A stretch of 64,000 nucleotides of DNA from assembly GCA_012295275.1 (NCBI GenBank), contig CM022678.1, forward strand, positions 18,166,001 through 18,230,000. The letters are read 5' to 3'. Positions 51,006 through 64,000 of the stretch are shown piece by piece. The notes under the pieces were generated by a model. That model made no database searches. It saw nothing but the letters and a program-made list of their open reading frames with translations, and was not told where the DNA came from. Source of the DNA: Chrysomallon squamiferum (Eukaryota > Animalia > Mollusca). Both the position numbers and the translations under genes were made by a program. Each line of letters opens with the position of its first letter. Position 1 is the stretch's first letter.

Positions 51006-51329
51006 TATAAAGCTATCTATCTACCAGCCTATCCATCTGTCTATCTAAATATATATCTGTCTGTATCTAATTATATATCTGTCTATCTACCTACCAGTCT
51101 ATCTATCTATCAGTCTATCGATATATCTATTTAATAGTACTGCAACTGCCTAGACTCACCTGTTGTGTTTTAAATGTGTTACAGTCCTGTCACTTTCTGT
51201 AAAGTAAGTTTAGTTTTGTTTTCTTTGCTCTGGTAGTAATCATACACTAGAAGTCAGAATAATTTTACCAAGTAGCATGCCAGATTTTTGTTTCTAATTA
51301 CCTTAGTACTTTAAATTATAAAAGTGTAT

Positions 51330-51364
<35 letters not shown>

Positions 51365-52426
51365 TTCATTCATTCATTCGTTCATTTATTTATTTATTCA
51401 TTGTAAATGCCCAGCCCATATTATTGTCGTTATCGTAAAACAAACGATTTCAGTGCTAATTAAAATTTCATGATCATTTATTGAAATGAATGAATATATT
51501 TTTAATATTCAAAATAGTTCCTTAATTTTCGCATCATCGGTTATTTCCCCGTTAAAAGTTTTCGTTTCGTAAAGGGAAATAACTCTGTAACATTGTTGAG
51601 AATTGTCTGGTACTGTATATGAACTTTTCTGCTTTCGTACAAGAAAAAACTGATCTCACGAAAGACACGCATTATTATTATTACTATTATTACTGTTATC
51701 ATTACTATTATTACTATTGCCATGTTATTTGTTTCTCTTTTTTTATTTTATATAATTACTAGTTTATATCAAAACAATTTGGCGATTTTTTAAATTTAAT
51801 TATTCAAAACAGTTTCTAGTTTTGTATGTATGTATCTATCTAAGTATCTGTCAATATATCTATCTATCTGGCTGTCTCTCTATCTATATTCAGACAATTT
51901 TAGTAATTAAGTGCAGTTAATGAAAATATTAAGTTAACGAAGATAGATCAACGCATTTTATTTAGCTGTTACAACTGTTACAAATGAAAGTAATTTATTA
52001 CTGTAATCAGTTAGCGATAAGAAGTCTTTTATCCCTAATTTCTCTTTGTACCGATCCTGGGATGTTTCTAGAACGGGAAATTTCGCATGACGAGGGTTAA
52101 ACATGTAAATGTCTGGTGCATTTTTCTACTGTTTAGTTCAAAGTAAAATATATATTGTCTTCTATTTTCCTCTTTTTTTTTTTTTTTTTTTGTTATTTTT
52201 CTGGTTTCTTTGTTTGTTCTTTCGATTGTTTGTTTGTTTGTTTATTTATTTATTTACTTGTTCATTTGCTTGGCTGTTTGTTTTATTCATTTATTTATTT
52301 ATATGTTTGTTAATTTGCTTTTTGTAAGAAAATTAAATATTTTAATTAAAACAAAAACAAAACAAAAAAATGAGAAGAATCGAAAGAATTATCCTATTAT
52401 AAATTCTCTAAAAACAGTACATTATT

Positions 52427-52461
<35 letters not shown>

Positions 52462-52792
52462 TTCATTTATTCATTTATTTATTTATTTCATCTGGATTAG
52501 TATACGGTAATTTTTTTTTTTTTTTTGGTTGTCGCCTCTTTTCAAACTCTGTAAAGTTGAAACGACTACCAAATATACAATCATTTTAGAATGATAGGAC
52601 TAAAATTGATTGATATTTATTGAAATTTAACTTAAAATGTTTTTAAAGAAAAATAATAATAATAATTTATTAATTATTTAATTCCAAAGGGCGTCCATTT
52701 TTTGTGGATTATAACATAAGTGGAGGAACAAAATAAATAAACATCTCACTGGTTTTCAACCGCTGACCTAGAAAATTATTAATGTCTGGATG

Positions 52793-53031
52793 CACGTGTG
52801 TTACGTGTGAGATCAATGAATTGACATTTAACTGGTCAATTATTTTAAAAGCAGATTCGTCATCAATAATATTTGTGATGCATTAACTCAAGAATCACGT
52901 GATAAATATGTAGGTCGCGTGACCGGTATTGTAATTCCAAGTGCGTACAGAAACGTGCAAAACGAGGAATCACGTGACAAATCATTTTAATTTTAGATTG
53001 GTTATGATGAAGAAATTGAGAAGTCACGTGA
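52793..53031. promoter_or_regulatory. E-box/CLEAR-like motif cluster
   Basis: CACGTG 52793, TCACGTGA 52895, GTCGCGTGAC 52914, TCACGTGAC 52970, GTCACGTGA 53023, plus ATTGG (~52997) within 240 bp. Confidence 0.55.
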
Positions 53032-53043
53032 GTGATTACCGGT

Positions 53044-53076
<33 letters not shown>

Positions 53077-53281
53077 AGATTTTTGTTGATTATTGCAGAA
53101 TGTATATGAATAAAAAAAAAAAAATGTGATACTCTAATTTTGTTATTGTACAACTCACGTCTAGTTCAAATTTGTTGTTATTTAAAAATGAAAATAAAGT
53201 TATTCAGAAAATGAACGGCTTGGACTTTTTGTTACAGAAAGGAAAGGCTTGGAATCACAATAATGTGAGTTTGTGCGTTGA

Positions 53282-53379
<98 letters not shown>

Positions 53380-53531
53380 GTTGTTCACATGTCAGCTCTA
53401 AACATATTATTGTGACGAAGATACCGCGAAAGTTAATCACGAAAAATTACAACAATATCAACAAAATTAACAATAATAAACAAACAAAACAAAGAGAAAC
53501 AAAAATTAAAATTAAATTAGAAAAATAAAAA

Positions 53532-53581
<50 letters not shown>

Positions 53582-54128
53582 TAAATAAATAAATAAATAA
53601 ATAAAAATAAAAATAAAATAAAACAAAATAAAATAAAATAAAAGATCGCCGTGTCACCAGCCTCGTCTGAACAGGTCACTGAAGGCCCCGAACCATTCAG
53701 AATACATCATTAATATTAATAAATAAATAAATAAATAAATAAATATCTTCAGTAATACAAAAATAACCGTAATTTTCTACAAGATTCATTCCGTCGCTCG
53801 GCGAAATGGATTGAACGAATCAATAAACTAGAAAGTTCTAACTGCGGAAGTTTTGCTTTCAGTAGCGACATCTAGACTCTACTGCTTGAATATACGATGA
53901 GATAACTCTGTTTTAACTCATTATTTTCGAAATAGTAAATTATTGGGATATCAAGTACATTCTAATTAATTACATTTCCTTCTATTTAATTCACATGTAT
54001 ATACGTATGTATGTATTTTACATTATTTACATTCGTACATATATACATATATGTATCTATATGTATATATGTGTCAGTATGTATATGTATATATGAGTGT
54101 ATGTACGTACGTATGCTTGTACGCTTAT

Positions 54129-54159
<31 letters not shown>

Positions 54160-54724
54160 AATACACATATACGTGTACACATAAATATTCATATAGGCAT
54201 AGTTATATCATATCTTCATGCATATATAAATATATGCACCCATTATACATACATATTATATGCATACACATAAAATGCATATATACATCAACACAGCATA
54301 ATATACATAAACAAATAGGCGCAGTCTACACATACGCACAAAACACATATAGATACACTAATAAATGCACATATAAATAAACATTCATACACATGCATGC
54401 ACACATGCACACAAAGACATACATACGTAAGTACATACTCATTTATGACACACACACACACATACATACAGACGCACACGCATACACACATCGGGCTCGG
54501 CTATGAATTAATTCGGTTTAAGTGAAAATCTGCTTGACTTAAGTTTTAGTTGTTTGTAACAGAAAATAATCTGCTAATATTTAATGTCTTGTTTTATGTA
54601 AGTATTTGTTCGGGGTTATTTGTTTCAAAACTAATTTTAGAATGTTGATAATTAAAAAACGATATTTACCATTTGCAATTGTTCTCCTAAATCAGAATAA
54701 AAATATATTTGTGATTATCCCATC

Positions 54725-55228
54725 GTAAACCGCCCTTATGGGTATCTGGCTGCTAAATGACGTCACGCAGTTGTTGACATCTTATTTATACCGTATAATA
54801 ACAGCGGATTAACGAAAACGATTTTGACTGAAGCGCATTTATCGCCAATTTCCGTCAATTATAATAATTATAATTATTATTTATATTAGACAGAAGCGAT
54901 GACTAATTATTGTATTAACGTTATATTGTAATAAACAGTCAAAATCAAAATTGAAAGGAAAACAATTTATCAGTTTTTACTCGTTCGTGTCCTGGTATAC
55001 GTTCCGATCCAGATTTAGTGTCGCCCAAACGGCAAAGAAAGTCTCGATAACCAACAAATCTTCTCCTTGTCATTATAACGGTGTTTCCACGGTCAGGATA
55101 GCCTCGACTGGAAACCCCCACGATCGCTTAGCTGGTTGCTAAGGACTCATATTCATACAACTTCTTTCGCGTTGACATAACTTTATTTTATTTTTGTTTA
55201 GTTTATTTTAACATCTATCATTTTAACC
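54725..55228 (+). promoter_or_regulatory. Probable promoter/5' UTR of gene 4
   Basis: CCGCCC (~54730), TGACGTCA 54758, CCAAT (~54845), X-box half-site GTTGCTAAGGAC 55135, CpG-containing sequence just upstream of ATG 55229. Confidence 0.5.
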
Positions 55229-55436
55229 ATGAATGCAGTTAAAACGAAAGGCGGGTTGACAACTTCCATTGATGGTGTTAAGAATGACATAAGAGATATT
55301 CTCGAAAGTGGAAATTTTTACTGCAATGATGATCTGGCGCGTGAAATGACAAAAATCACCAACGCACTGGATCACATGCGATTAAACGAAAATCTTGACT
55401 GCATGGAGGATCAGCGACATTATGGAAAAATTGCGA
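55229..55436 (+). CDS. Gene 4 exon 1
   Basis: accATG; MNAVKTKGG...QRHYGKIA; donor GCGA|gtgagt. Confidence 0.8.
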
Positions 55437-55981
55437 GTGAGTACAGCTGAGAATTAGAAATATTAAGAGATAACTTCTGTGTTGTTTATATATTTATTTT
55501 ATTGCTTGTAAATAAAAAAAAAAAAAACATGCACTCGAAGAGGATGTGTCTATTTAAATGCTACAGATAAGGAGGGGTGGTTCGATGAGGTACGGGATAG
55601 GTGAGGTTAGAAAGCAGAAGGCCTTACCTGTCTTTAATTACATTTCTATAAGTAGTATTTTCTAGTGTAATACTGTAATATAAGCAGATGCAAATATCAC
55701 AATAATTAAAATATGAATATGTGAATATCAGTATGTATTTATTGAAATGATAAATAAATAAATGAATTAAGCAAGTAACTAAAGAACAATTATTATTACA
55801 ATAATATTTTACAAAAGGAAAACACGGTTTAGATTGATATCTTAATGACTTGAACAGTTACATGCAACATTTAGTGACTTAAGTCACATTGTAAGTAGCC
55901 ACAGTCTTGGTTCTTTTGATGCAGGCCTCATGTTTTACATCAAAATACTCTTTTCTTTATTTATTTTGTTTTATTTTATTT

Positions 55982-56022
<41 letters not shown>

Positions 56023-56289
56023 ATTTCTACATTATACATTTTAATTATTACTAAAAGATATTAAAAATAATTAATTAATCTTTATATATATATATATATA
56101 TATATAAATGCTAAAAGTTTCTTTACAAAATATTTATTCAAGTTTTAATAACTTAATTATGAAATGTATTGGATTTTTTAAACAAATGTTTAAAGTGTGT
56201 TTATTCATTAGCTGTTTACTACCATTTAACGGATGTAAATAAAACAAATATTTATCTAGAAAGAAAAGCTTAATGTTTTTTTTTAATAA

Positions 56290-56320
<31 letters not shown>

Positions 56321-59279
56321 TTATCAATGAACAAACATTAATTAATACATTTTTCTTAACCATTCATAATAAAATAAATTATTATTTAACAAATTTTGTT
56401 GAAATTTGTTTACAAAATATTCATTAACTTAAACAGAAATACATTTTTGGAACTATTAATAAAACAGGCAGGGTTATAATTAACTAATTTTAATTAAGCT
56501 TTAAGACTAAAATATATTGCTGTATTAAAATTTTATTTAAAAAGCATTAATAAAATATTCATTACCTTTTTATTAACCACTAAAGATATTTTTATTCATT
56601 TCAAAATGTGTTGTGTCCTCATTAAAATTTTATTCAAAATATATTAATTATTTTAATAACTGTAAGAGAAATTACCTATTTATCAGCCATTAAAAAAACT
56701 GTATTCATGACAATTTTACAGAAAAATTGTTAACCGAGAGTAAAACATATAGCTTTTTAAAAATATGAAATAATAATAATTAAAAAATTATTTATTCATT
56801 TCAAAGTGTCCTGGCTGATTCATTATTATTCACTCGTTAATTCTAGATGCGTCATCGATGTTGAACAAGGTTTCAAGTTACTTGTTGGAGTATCGGAAGA
56901 GGATGCATGGTGAGGAGATAAAAGGGACTCAGGAAAATCAGCTGCGAGAACGACACCAGTGGGCGCTGGCAAACCTCACAGCAATCCAGGATGTAAGAGA
57001 ACTTTATTGTTATGGGTGTGTCACTTGGGGGGGAGGGGGCAGGGGTTAGAAGTCACTGATCTAAATCCTAGCAAACTGGTGGTGAAAAATTTGGTTAAAG
57101 AGAGAAGATGATTATGTATTTCTTTTAAGCAGCATTTGGTATGATTTGTGCTGGTTCAGCTTAGTGGATTGATAAAAAGTACCTTTTTGTCTTTAAATTT
57201 GTTTTTGTGTTTTTTTTCTGAGGAAATAAAACTTGTACAATCATTAAACAAAAAACAGTTTAAAAAACCCCAGCTAGGTATATTACAGGGCAGTTCCAGT
57301 CATAAACTAAGAGGGGTCAAGGAAAAAGGATTTGTCAGATGTGATAGTTTTCTAGCAAGTATAAATCTCCTAGCAAACAGAAATTTAAAAAAATTAAACA
57401 AAAAACACAAAAATAAAACAAAACATTGCATGCTGTTCTTGCTTAAGTTTTGAAATAGTTCATGCTTTGATCTTGAACTCTGTATCATTTTCAAGCAGTT
57501 TTTGAAAAAACATTTTCATCTATGTTTGATAAAGAAAGGTTTTTAAAGACATTGACAATGGTTAGAAACATAATATCAAAAGTATCCAGTATAACATGAA
57601 ATTCCAAAATTATGAAACATTTGAAATTAACTTCTTTTTTTTTTTTCATTAATAGATATTAGGACAGATCCATAAATAAATAATTATAGAAGGGTTGGTG
57701 CTAAAAACTAATTTTAAAAATATTAAATGTCCAAGACTTTCCACAAGTTGTTATAAAAGCTATGATTTTTAGAACAGATTTGTAAAAATATAAAATGTGA
57801 AAGGTTTGAAATTTTAACTCAGAATTTACAGAAATAAAATTCTGAAGATGAAAAAAACTTTTAAAGATGTAATGGCTTTGAGATTTTAATTTGGGGCAGT
57901 TCCAAAAATAATTATCATAATGGCAGGATCAAAAATGTTTATAAATGATGTGGAATGTTTTAGATTATTTAAGGAAATTCTAGGAGTAATTAATTAAGGG
58001 ATGTGATTGGGGAAATTTTTTTTAATAAATATTGAATAATAAAATGGGCATCAAGAAAAGAAACATAATCCAAGTTGAACATTAACAAAGAAAATTTCTG
58101 ATACTGTCCAAGTATGAGATTTCAAAATGATTAAATAACTGAGTTCAAGAAATAAACAGAGTTGGCAGATTTAATGTGATTTCATATAAACAGTGAAACC
58201 TTAGTTAGGACAAGTTCATAAATTATTAGTGGTTGACAGGCTGAGAGAGTAATGAATCAAAAATGATAAATATGGATCAGATAATGATTAAAAAGGTAAT
58301 TATTATGTGACTGACATGTGTACGTGTGTTTGCATATGTGTGTGTATGTGTATATAATATATGTATGTATGTATTTTCTGTATTATATGTGTCTATCAAT
58401 TTATGTGTGTATAATATTGTCTGAATGTATATATGTATTGTCTGAAAATATATATGTATTTTCTGTGTGTGTGCATGCACATATATGATCAAATAAAATA
58501 TAATAAAACAGTATAATAATTTAGTCCAGATTAAATTTCCTGTTTTTATTACTTATATTATTTATAAATTTTTGTACTAAGAATGTCAGTAATACATTTT
58601 ATTTTAATGTTTCTCAAATATTATTTACTTAAATATAAAACCATTTTCCTTTTGTACCATAATAAGTCCAGTTAATATTGTTGTAATAATTATGCTACCC
58701 AAACACAAAGACTGACATGTAGAAATGTGTAACGCTTGACTGAAAACTGTCAAAATATTAAAATAATTATTTACTTTATGTCCATTTATTTGCCCATTCA
58801 TGCATGTTTTTTTCAATCAAGTGGAAATTTCTTAATGTAAAACTCAGAGCAATGTCAGACCACATTCTATAAATCATAAGTGCCATACACTTTAAAACTT
58901 ATAACAATAGTATAAAAATCCAGAAAATCCTTAATTGACATTTTAGGCATTAAAAACACATGGACATTAATCCAGTTGATCTCACTGCATACAATGCTTG
59001 CTATAGATTCAGCCCATTGTTTATTAATCCTTCGAAGAAACATGATTATTTTTTTATCATTTCACGATCCTACCTATTTCAGAGAAGTTGTCTTTGTTGA
59101 AATAAAATCACGTGAACAGAACTAATTACACTGTAAGCCATTCTTTTCTTGGTCGAGGAGGAATCCAGAGTTTTATTCATAAATAGATTAGTATTAGCTG
59201 GGAGAGATATTATAAACTGTGTCAGTTTGCCTACAAATCTGGTTTAGACAGTCGATATTCTTAAGTAGAACTGTTTAAC

Positions 59280-59315
<36 letters not shown>

Positions 59316-59556
59316 TTTATCATTATTATTACTGCTATTAATATTATTAATATTATGATTACTATTATTATTATTTTATTATTATAATTATAATTATTAT
59401 TACTATTATTATTACTATTAATACTCTTACTGTTATTAGTATTACTATTATTATTATTACTATTATTATTATTACTATTACTATTACTATTACTATTACT
59501 ATTACTATTACTATTAGTATTAGTATTACTATTATGATTATTATTATTATTATCTG

Positions 59557-59601
<45 letters not shown>

Positions 59602-60771
59602 AATATTATTAAATAAACATTCTCACTCAGGGCAAATATTTATGAGCATTTCTCTTTACACAATGAAGAGCCACAGACTTCTTTTTCATCACTTTATTAT
59701 TCTCATTAGTAAAACAACAATTTATTAATTTTTTTCTACAATTTGTCACTCACAGGAGATGCATCCTTACGCAACCAATGCAGAGAATCGTATAAAGGAG
59801 TTTGGTGATGTTGTAGGGGTCACTGACCGCTACACCGGCTACAGAAACAATCTCCTCAGCAGACCAGACGCATTCGGTCCCCACTGGACAACTCGATCTC
59901 AAACAAGTAAATCACATCAAACAGTTTTGTTTTTCTCAATTTCGAGATTCTCATAATATAAATAAAATAAAATAATATGTCGTTTTTTTTTTTTTTTTTA
60001 AACATACAGAACAGATATCAAAATCGTTTAGGTAAACTATATTTTAAAGTTATCACTCAATTTCTTTGAACTTCAGTTATGTCAGAATAAGGCTTCTTTC
60101 TCTTGCTCGTTCTTCTTCTTCTCTCCACCTGTCTGTGTGTCTGTATGTCTGCCTGCCTATGTCTCTGTCTTTCTGTCACATATATATATATATATATATA
60201 TAAACACAAAAATGTGACTTCCCTTTCATGTTTTCTCTCTGTTTTATATTTACTGAACTCACTGACAACTGTTCTATTGCAGCAACTGGTTTCCCAGCTC
60301 ACGAAAGGGGTGTGGCTCGCCTGACTCAGCCATTCATAGGAGGAACTCGTCACGATGACGTCACCTTTGGAAATGTCAGGCCCTGGACCATGCATTATAA
60401 AGGTAGGAAATTATTACACTAAAATCTACATTTTCATTAAAATCCATGCTTACACTAAAATCTACACTTTCTCTAAAATATGCACTCACACTAAAATCTA
60501 CACTTACACTAAGATCAATTCTTTACACTAAAATCTACACTAAGTAATTTATATTTTATTAGTAATACCCGCATTCAGCTAGGTATATCTCTGCAACTAC
60601 ACAGGTTTTCAAGAAGGACATAGCATCAAAATTAACTCTGTCAAGAGCTTGCACACAATGATAATATTAATAAAATAAACTATAAACACTGCAATAAAAC
60701 AGTGAGTACAAAGAACATAAAACAGAGAGAAAATGTGAAAAGAAAGTCACATTTTTTGTGTGTATATACAG

Positions 60772-60821
<50 letters not shown>

Positions 60822-61546
60822 CAGAAAGACAGACAGACAGAAAGACAAAGATAGAGGCAGGAAGACAAATAGAAAGACAGACAGACAGAAAGGCAAAGAT
60901 AGAGGCAGGAAGACAAACAGACAAACAGACAGGTGGGAGAAGAATAAGAATAAGGATGAGCGAGAGAAAGTATGAATGTTAGGAGATCTGTATTGGTATG
61001 AAAGACAGATAGAAAGGGAGAGAGATGCAGCAGAAGACTAAAGAGTAAGTCAAGGTGCTGACAAAAGAAAAATAAATTTATGTTTTTACTTTTACTTGTT
61101 TAGGTTTTCGCACCATCGACAGTCTGTACCCACGTCGCACGGTGCTGCAGAGGAGAGGAGACCCAGCATTCAGCCAGACGGTCAGCGATGTGAAAACAAT
61201 AAACCAGATGAACGCCCAGCTGCCCCCTCCCAGCTCTCGCACAGCCACAGGGTACGGTCCCGACCGCTGGAGCCTCCAGCCCTACCCCTGCGGCCTGTCT
61301 GTGCAGGAGCTGGCTGGGATCAACATGGAGTTCCCGGGCTCCACTGAGTACAAGATCCGCTACACACAGCCACCAACAGACCTGCCCACGAGCCATTTCG
61401 TAATCAATCCAAAACCAGACTATTCTATATATGGCCGGCCTTTAGGCGATCTGCCAGCTTTCTGTCCAAAGAAAACCGAATACCAGTACCGATATCAGTG
61501 GCCGGATGGAACCAAACTGGTCAAGTTGCCATGGCTACGTAACTGA
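55229..61546 (+). CDS. Gene 4 (whole span): 5-exon, 355-aa uncharacterised protein with Mn-like (T-E-Y-x3-Y) motifs; candidate ciliary/sperm microtubule inner protein
   Basis: Exons 55229-55436, 56847-56992, 59756-59906, 60283-60402, 61104-61546 join in frame (1068 nt, intron phases 1,0,1,1) with canonical GT-AG; C-terminal STEYKIRYTQP and KTEYQYRYQWP. Confidence 0.85.
56847..56992 (+). CDS. Gene 4 exon 2
   Basis: ttctag|...GAT|gtaaga; NASSMLNKVSSYLLEYRKRMHGEEIKGTQENQLRERHQWALANLTAIQD. Confidence 0.82.
59756..59906 (+). CDS. Gene 4 exon 3
   Basis: cacag|GAG...ACAA|gtaaat; EMHPYATNAENRIKEFGDVVGVTDRYTGYRNNLLSRPDAFGPHWTTRSQT. Confidence 0.85.
60283..60402 (+). CDS. Gene 4 exon 4 (120 nt, symmetric phase 1-1)
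   Basis: ttgcag|...AAAG|gtagga; TTGFPAHERGVARLTQPFIGGTRHDDVTFGNVRPWTMHYK. Confidence 0.85.
60415..60543. repeat. Short degenerate tandem repeat (acactaaaatctac)
   Basis: About 5-6 copies just after the exon 4 donor of gene 4. Confidence 0.75.
61104..61546 (+). CDS. Gene 4 exon 5 (terminal)
   Basis: gtttag|GTTTT...; GFRTIDSLYPRRTVLQRRGDPAF...KLVKLPWLRN*. Confidence 0.88.
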
Positions 61547-64000
61547 AACCATCATGGACTGCGTTTTTGAAAAAAAAATCATGTATGTGTAAGCTTAAAT
61601 GTTGTGTACAAAGTTTAATTAGAAGTAGCGTCTCTTTTAATAGGCAGTAAGTAAGTAATTAATTAATTAATTAATTAATTCTTGTCCATTTGTCTGTATT
61701 GGTGTGTGATGTAACAGCAACCATGTGTCTCATATCTGTTTGTAAATTCTTTCATTATCTGTTGCCATGACAGTGCCAGGTAGAATGTGTATCCTAGCTA
61801 CGCAAAAACAGGCTTTTACTGCTTTTTTTTCTTCTTTACAAAAAAAAGAGGCCAAAGTAAGGTGTATTACTCATGGACCTGGGTAGTTATACTAAAGCCA
61901 GTAAAGGGACACAACTCTAATGGGGTTTGAAACTCTCAGTTGTTTGGAAGGCAAGGTGCATAACTCTATATTTAAAAGGAATGTGATATTATGATTGAAT
62001 TCTCGAATCTGATGGCCATAAAGGATTGTTAGAAATAAATAAATAAGTAAATAAATAAATAAATAAATAAATAAAGATTGCAGATCCCAGACTGTTATCA
62101 GTGGCACAGAGTAAAAAAAAAATATCCAACATTTATTGCATAATTCATTTAATTGCATTAAACATTACAAATAGGAATTGGGTACTGGTTGTCAACTGTT
62201 CAAATGATATCAGAATGGAAGGTTGTTTTTACTTAAAGTGTAAGAAAAAAAACATTTTCTTGAAGAAAATGTTTCATTTTATTTATTTAGTTTTACCTAA
62301 CACTTTATTTTCTAACTTTATATATATATATATATATTTTTTTTTTTATCAGAATAACCCCATGCTGTTCCAGTTATGTCCCTTTAAATGAGTTGTTTTT
62401 TTTTTAATCTTGTTTTTCAACTGATTCATGTAGACTAATTTTCAAATATAATCATGGTGCCTTTTTATATGATTTGTTTATTTTTTAAAATCACTGGCCA
62501 AAGGTGGTTCTTACATTGTCACAACTACAGCATTATATATTTATATATATATATATATAATATATATTTTTAACATTTCTTTTAAAATATATATAAATTT
62601 TAAACTTGCCATATATGTGTTTTTGGATTTAAAATATTAGTAGTTTTACATACTAACAAATATATAAACTTCTTGTTTTTTTGTTTTTTTGTGATTATTT
62701 GCAAATCAATATATACTGTTACAGATGTCTTGGTTTCTTGAGAAAACAAATTAAAAATATTGTCATTACTAATCTTTTTATTTATTTAGATTATTTTGCC
62801 CATTTTTATTTTGTTTATTATTTTTATATCATTTTGACACTTAATCTGTTTTATTACTCTGTGTTATATAAGAAGTTGTAAAAATATTAAAATTTTGTTT
62901 TCTTGAACAAATATGATAGTGACTGTGAAATTACAAAATGTACAATTCCAGTCTAGTATGGGGAGATAACTGTGTTTTAATTTATTAGGTGGGTTTTTTT
63001 TGTTTTGTTTTATGCACCTCTGAAATCAGAATTTAAAAAATTAATAATCTTGATATTTTATCTTTTTGTACATAAAGAGTATTTTGGGTTTTTTTTCGCA
63101 ACTTTAAAACATATAATTACTTTTAACATATATAAATATTACCTGTAATCTGATTCTTGATTTCAGTGTTTCTTAATTTATTTTTTCACATTTGTATTTT
63201 TGTTCTATTTTAATTTAATTATTATTATAATTATCATTACATTTTATATAATTTTTTTTTTTATTTCAAGATAAATAAGAAAATACATGTCACAAAATTT
63301 TATTTTGATACTTCTTACTTTTACAAAAATTTTGATCATTTAGCATTTCAGAAATTCTTACTCTGTAAGACTACGCAATTTTCTTTTCTTCTTTTTTTTT
63401 TACACATCTTTCAAGTTCATGCAGTTTTCATAATCATGTAAACAAAAATTATTTTTTTTCTTTTCACATTTTGTTTCAATCATGAAGTGATAAAAAATAA
63501 TTAATTTTCTCTCAAATATTATTTTGTTCTAATTTGATACAGAAACGTCTTGGATACTTTTATAATTGTAACTGATTCAAATGTTTGATTCAAAACTGTT
63601 TTATATATATTTTTAATTATTGCATAATCTTCGTATATACAATTTTTAATTTTGTAGATATTATACATTATTTATATATATTGTGCAAACCTATGTAAAA
63701 ACTAATATCTGAAATTTACTTACTTGGTTACTTGAAGACCATCAAAAAGAAACATTAATATTAAATGTATATTTATTTAATCATTTATTTACTGCATATT
63801 CAAATAAATGTCATGGACATTTATTTATTTATTTATTTATTTATTTGAGTATTTGATACAAAATCCAAACAAATTATATATACCGTAACCATGTAAATTC
63901 ATTTCTTCTCTCCGTCTCTCTTTACATTGTTTTTTCTTGACATTTCTGTCTCAGTGTATAATATATTTTACCAGATCAGTATTTGTTATTGAATAATGCA

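Larger units (their letters stand above)
60096..60970. repeat. Inverted repeat bracketing gene 4 exon 4 (arms 60096-60282 and 60689-60970)
   Basis: Reverse complement of the left arm (ctgcaatagaacag...tataaaacagagagaaaacatgaaagggaagtcacatttttgtg...gtgacagaaagacag...cagacaggtggagagaagaag...gagcaagagaaag) matches the right arm (ctgcaataaaacag...cataaaacagagagaaaatgtgaaaagaaagtcacattttttgtg...gtgacagaaagacag...cagacaggtgggagaagaataag...gagcgagagaaag). Confidence 0.9.

Overview
Eukaryotic, very AT-rich and microsatellite-dense animal DNA. The style resembles mollusc/cephalopod (octopod-like) genomes, but that taxon is an inference only. Most ORF-track entries are simple-repeat artefacts. Following GT-AG splice sites by hand, I reconstruct four + strand protein-coding genes. 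(1) A 21-exon, 1069-aa protein (18-20239) with a disordered N-terminus (PP1-type RVxF motif, PKA-type RRxS sites) followed by ~18 armadillo-like repeats; each repeat sits on its own 114-132 nt exon and all 20 introns are phase 1. (2) A small secreted PAN/apple-like protein (27078-27940). (3) A 380-aa uncharacterised protein on one coding exon (49048-50190), probably with a distant non-coding first exon. (4) A 5-exon, 355-aa protein (55229-61546) with Mn-like (MAP6/SAXO-type) motifs, a candidate axonemal microtubule inner protein. The most notable non-coding structures are a ~190/280-bp inverted repeat that brackets exon 4 of gene 4 and pairs with its splice acceptor, a minisatellite built from splice-donor sequence, complementary microsatellites at opposite ends of introns, at least 16 perfect TGACGTCA (CRE) palindromes, RFX X-boxes and an E-box/CLEAR cluster. 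No rRNA, CRISPR or intact transposon ORF was seen. No database searches were possible, so all product calls are motif-based.
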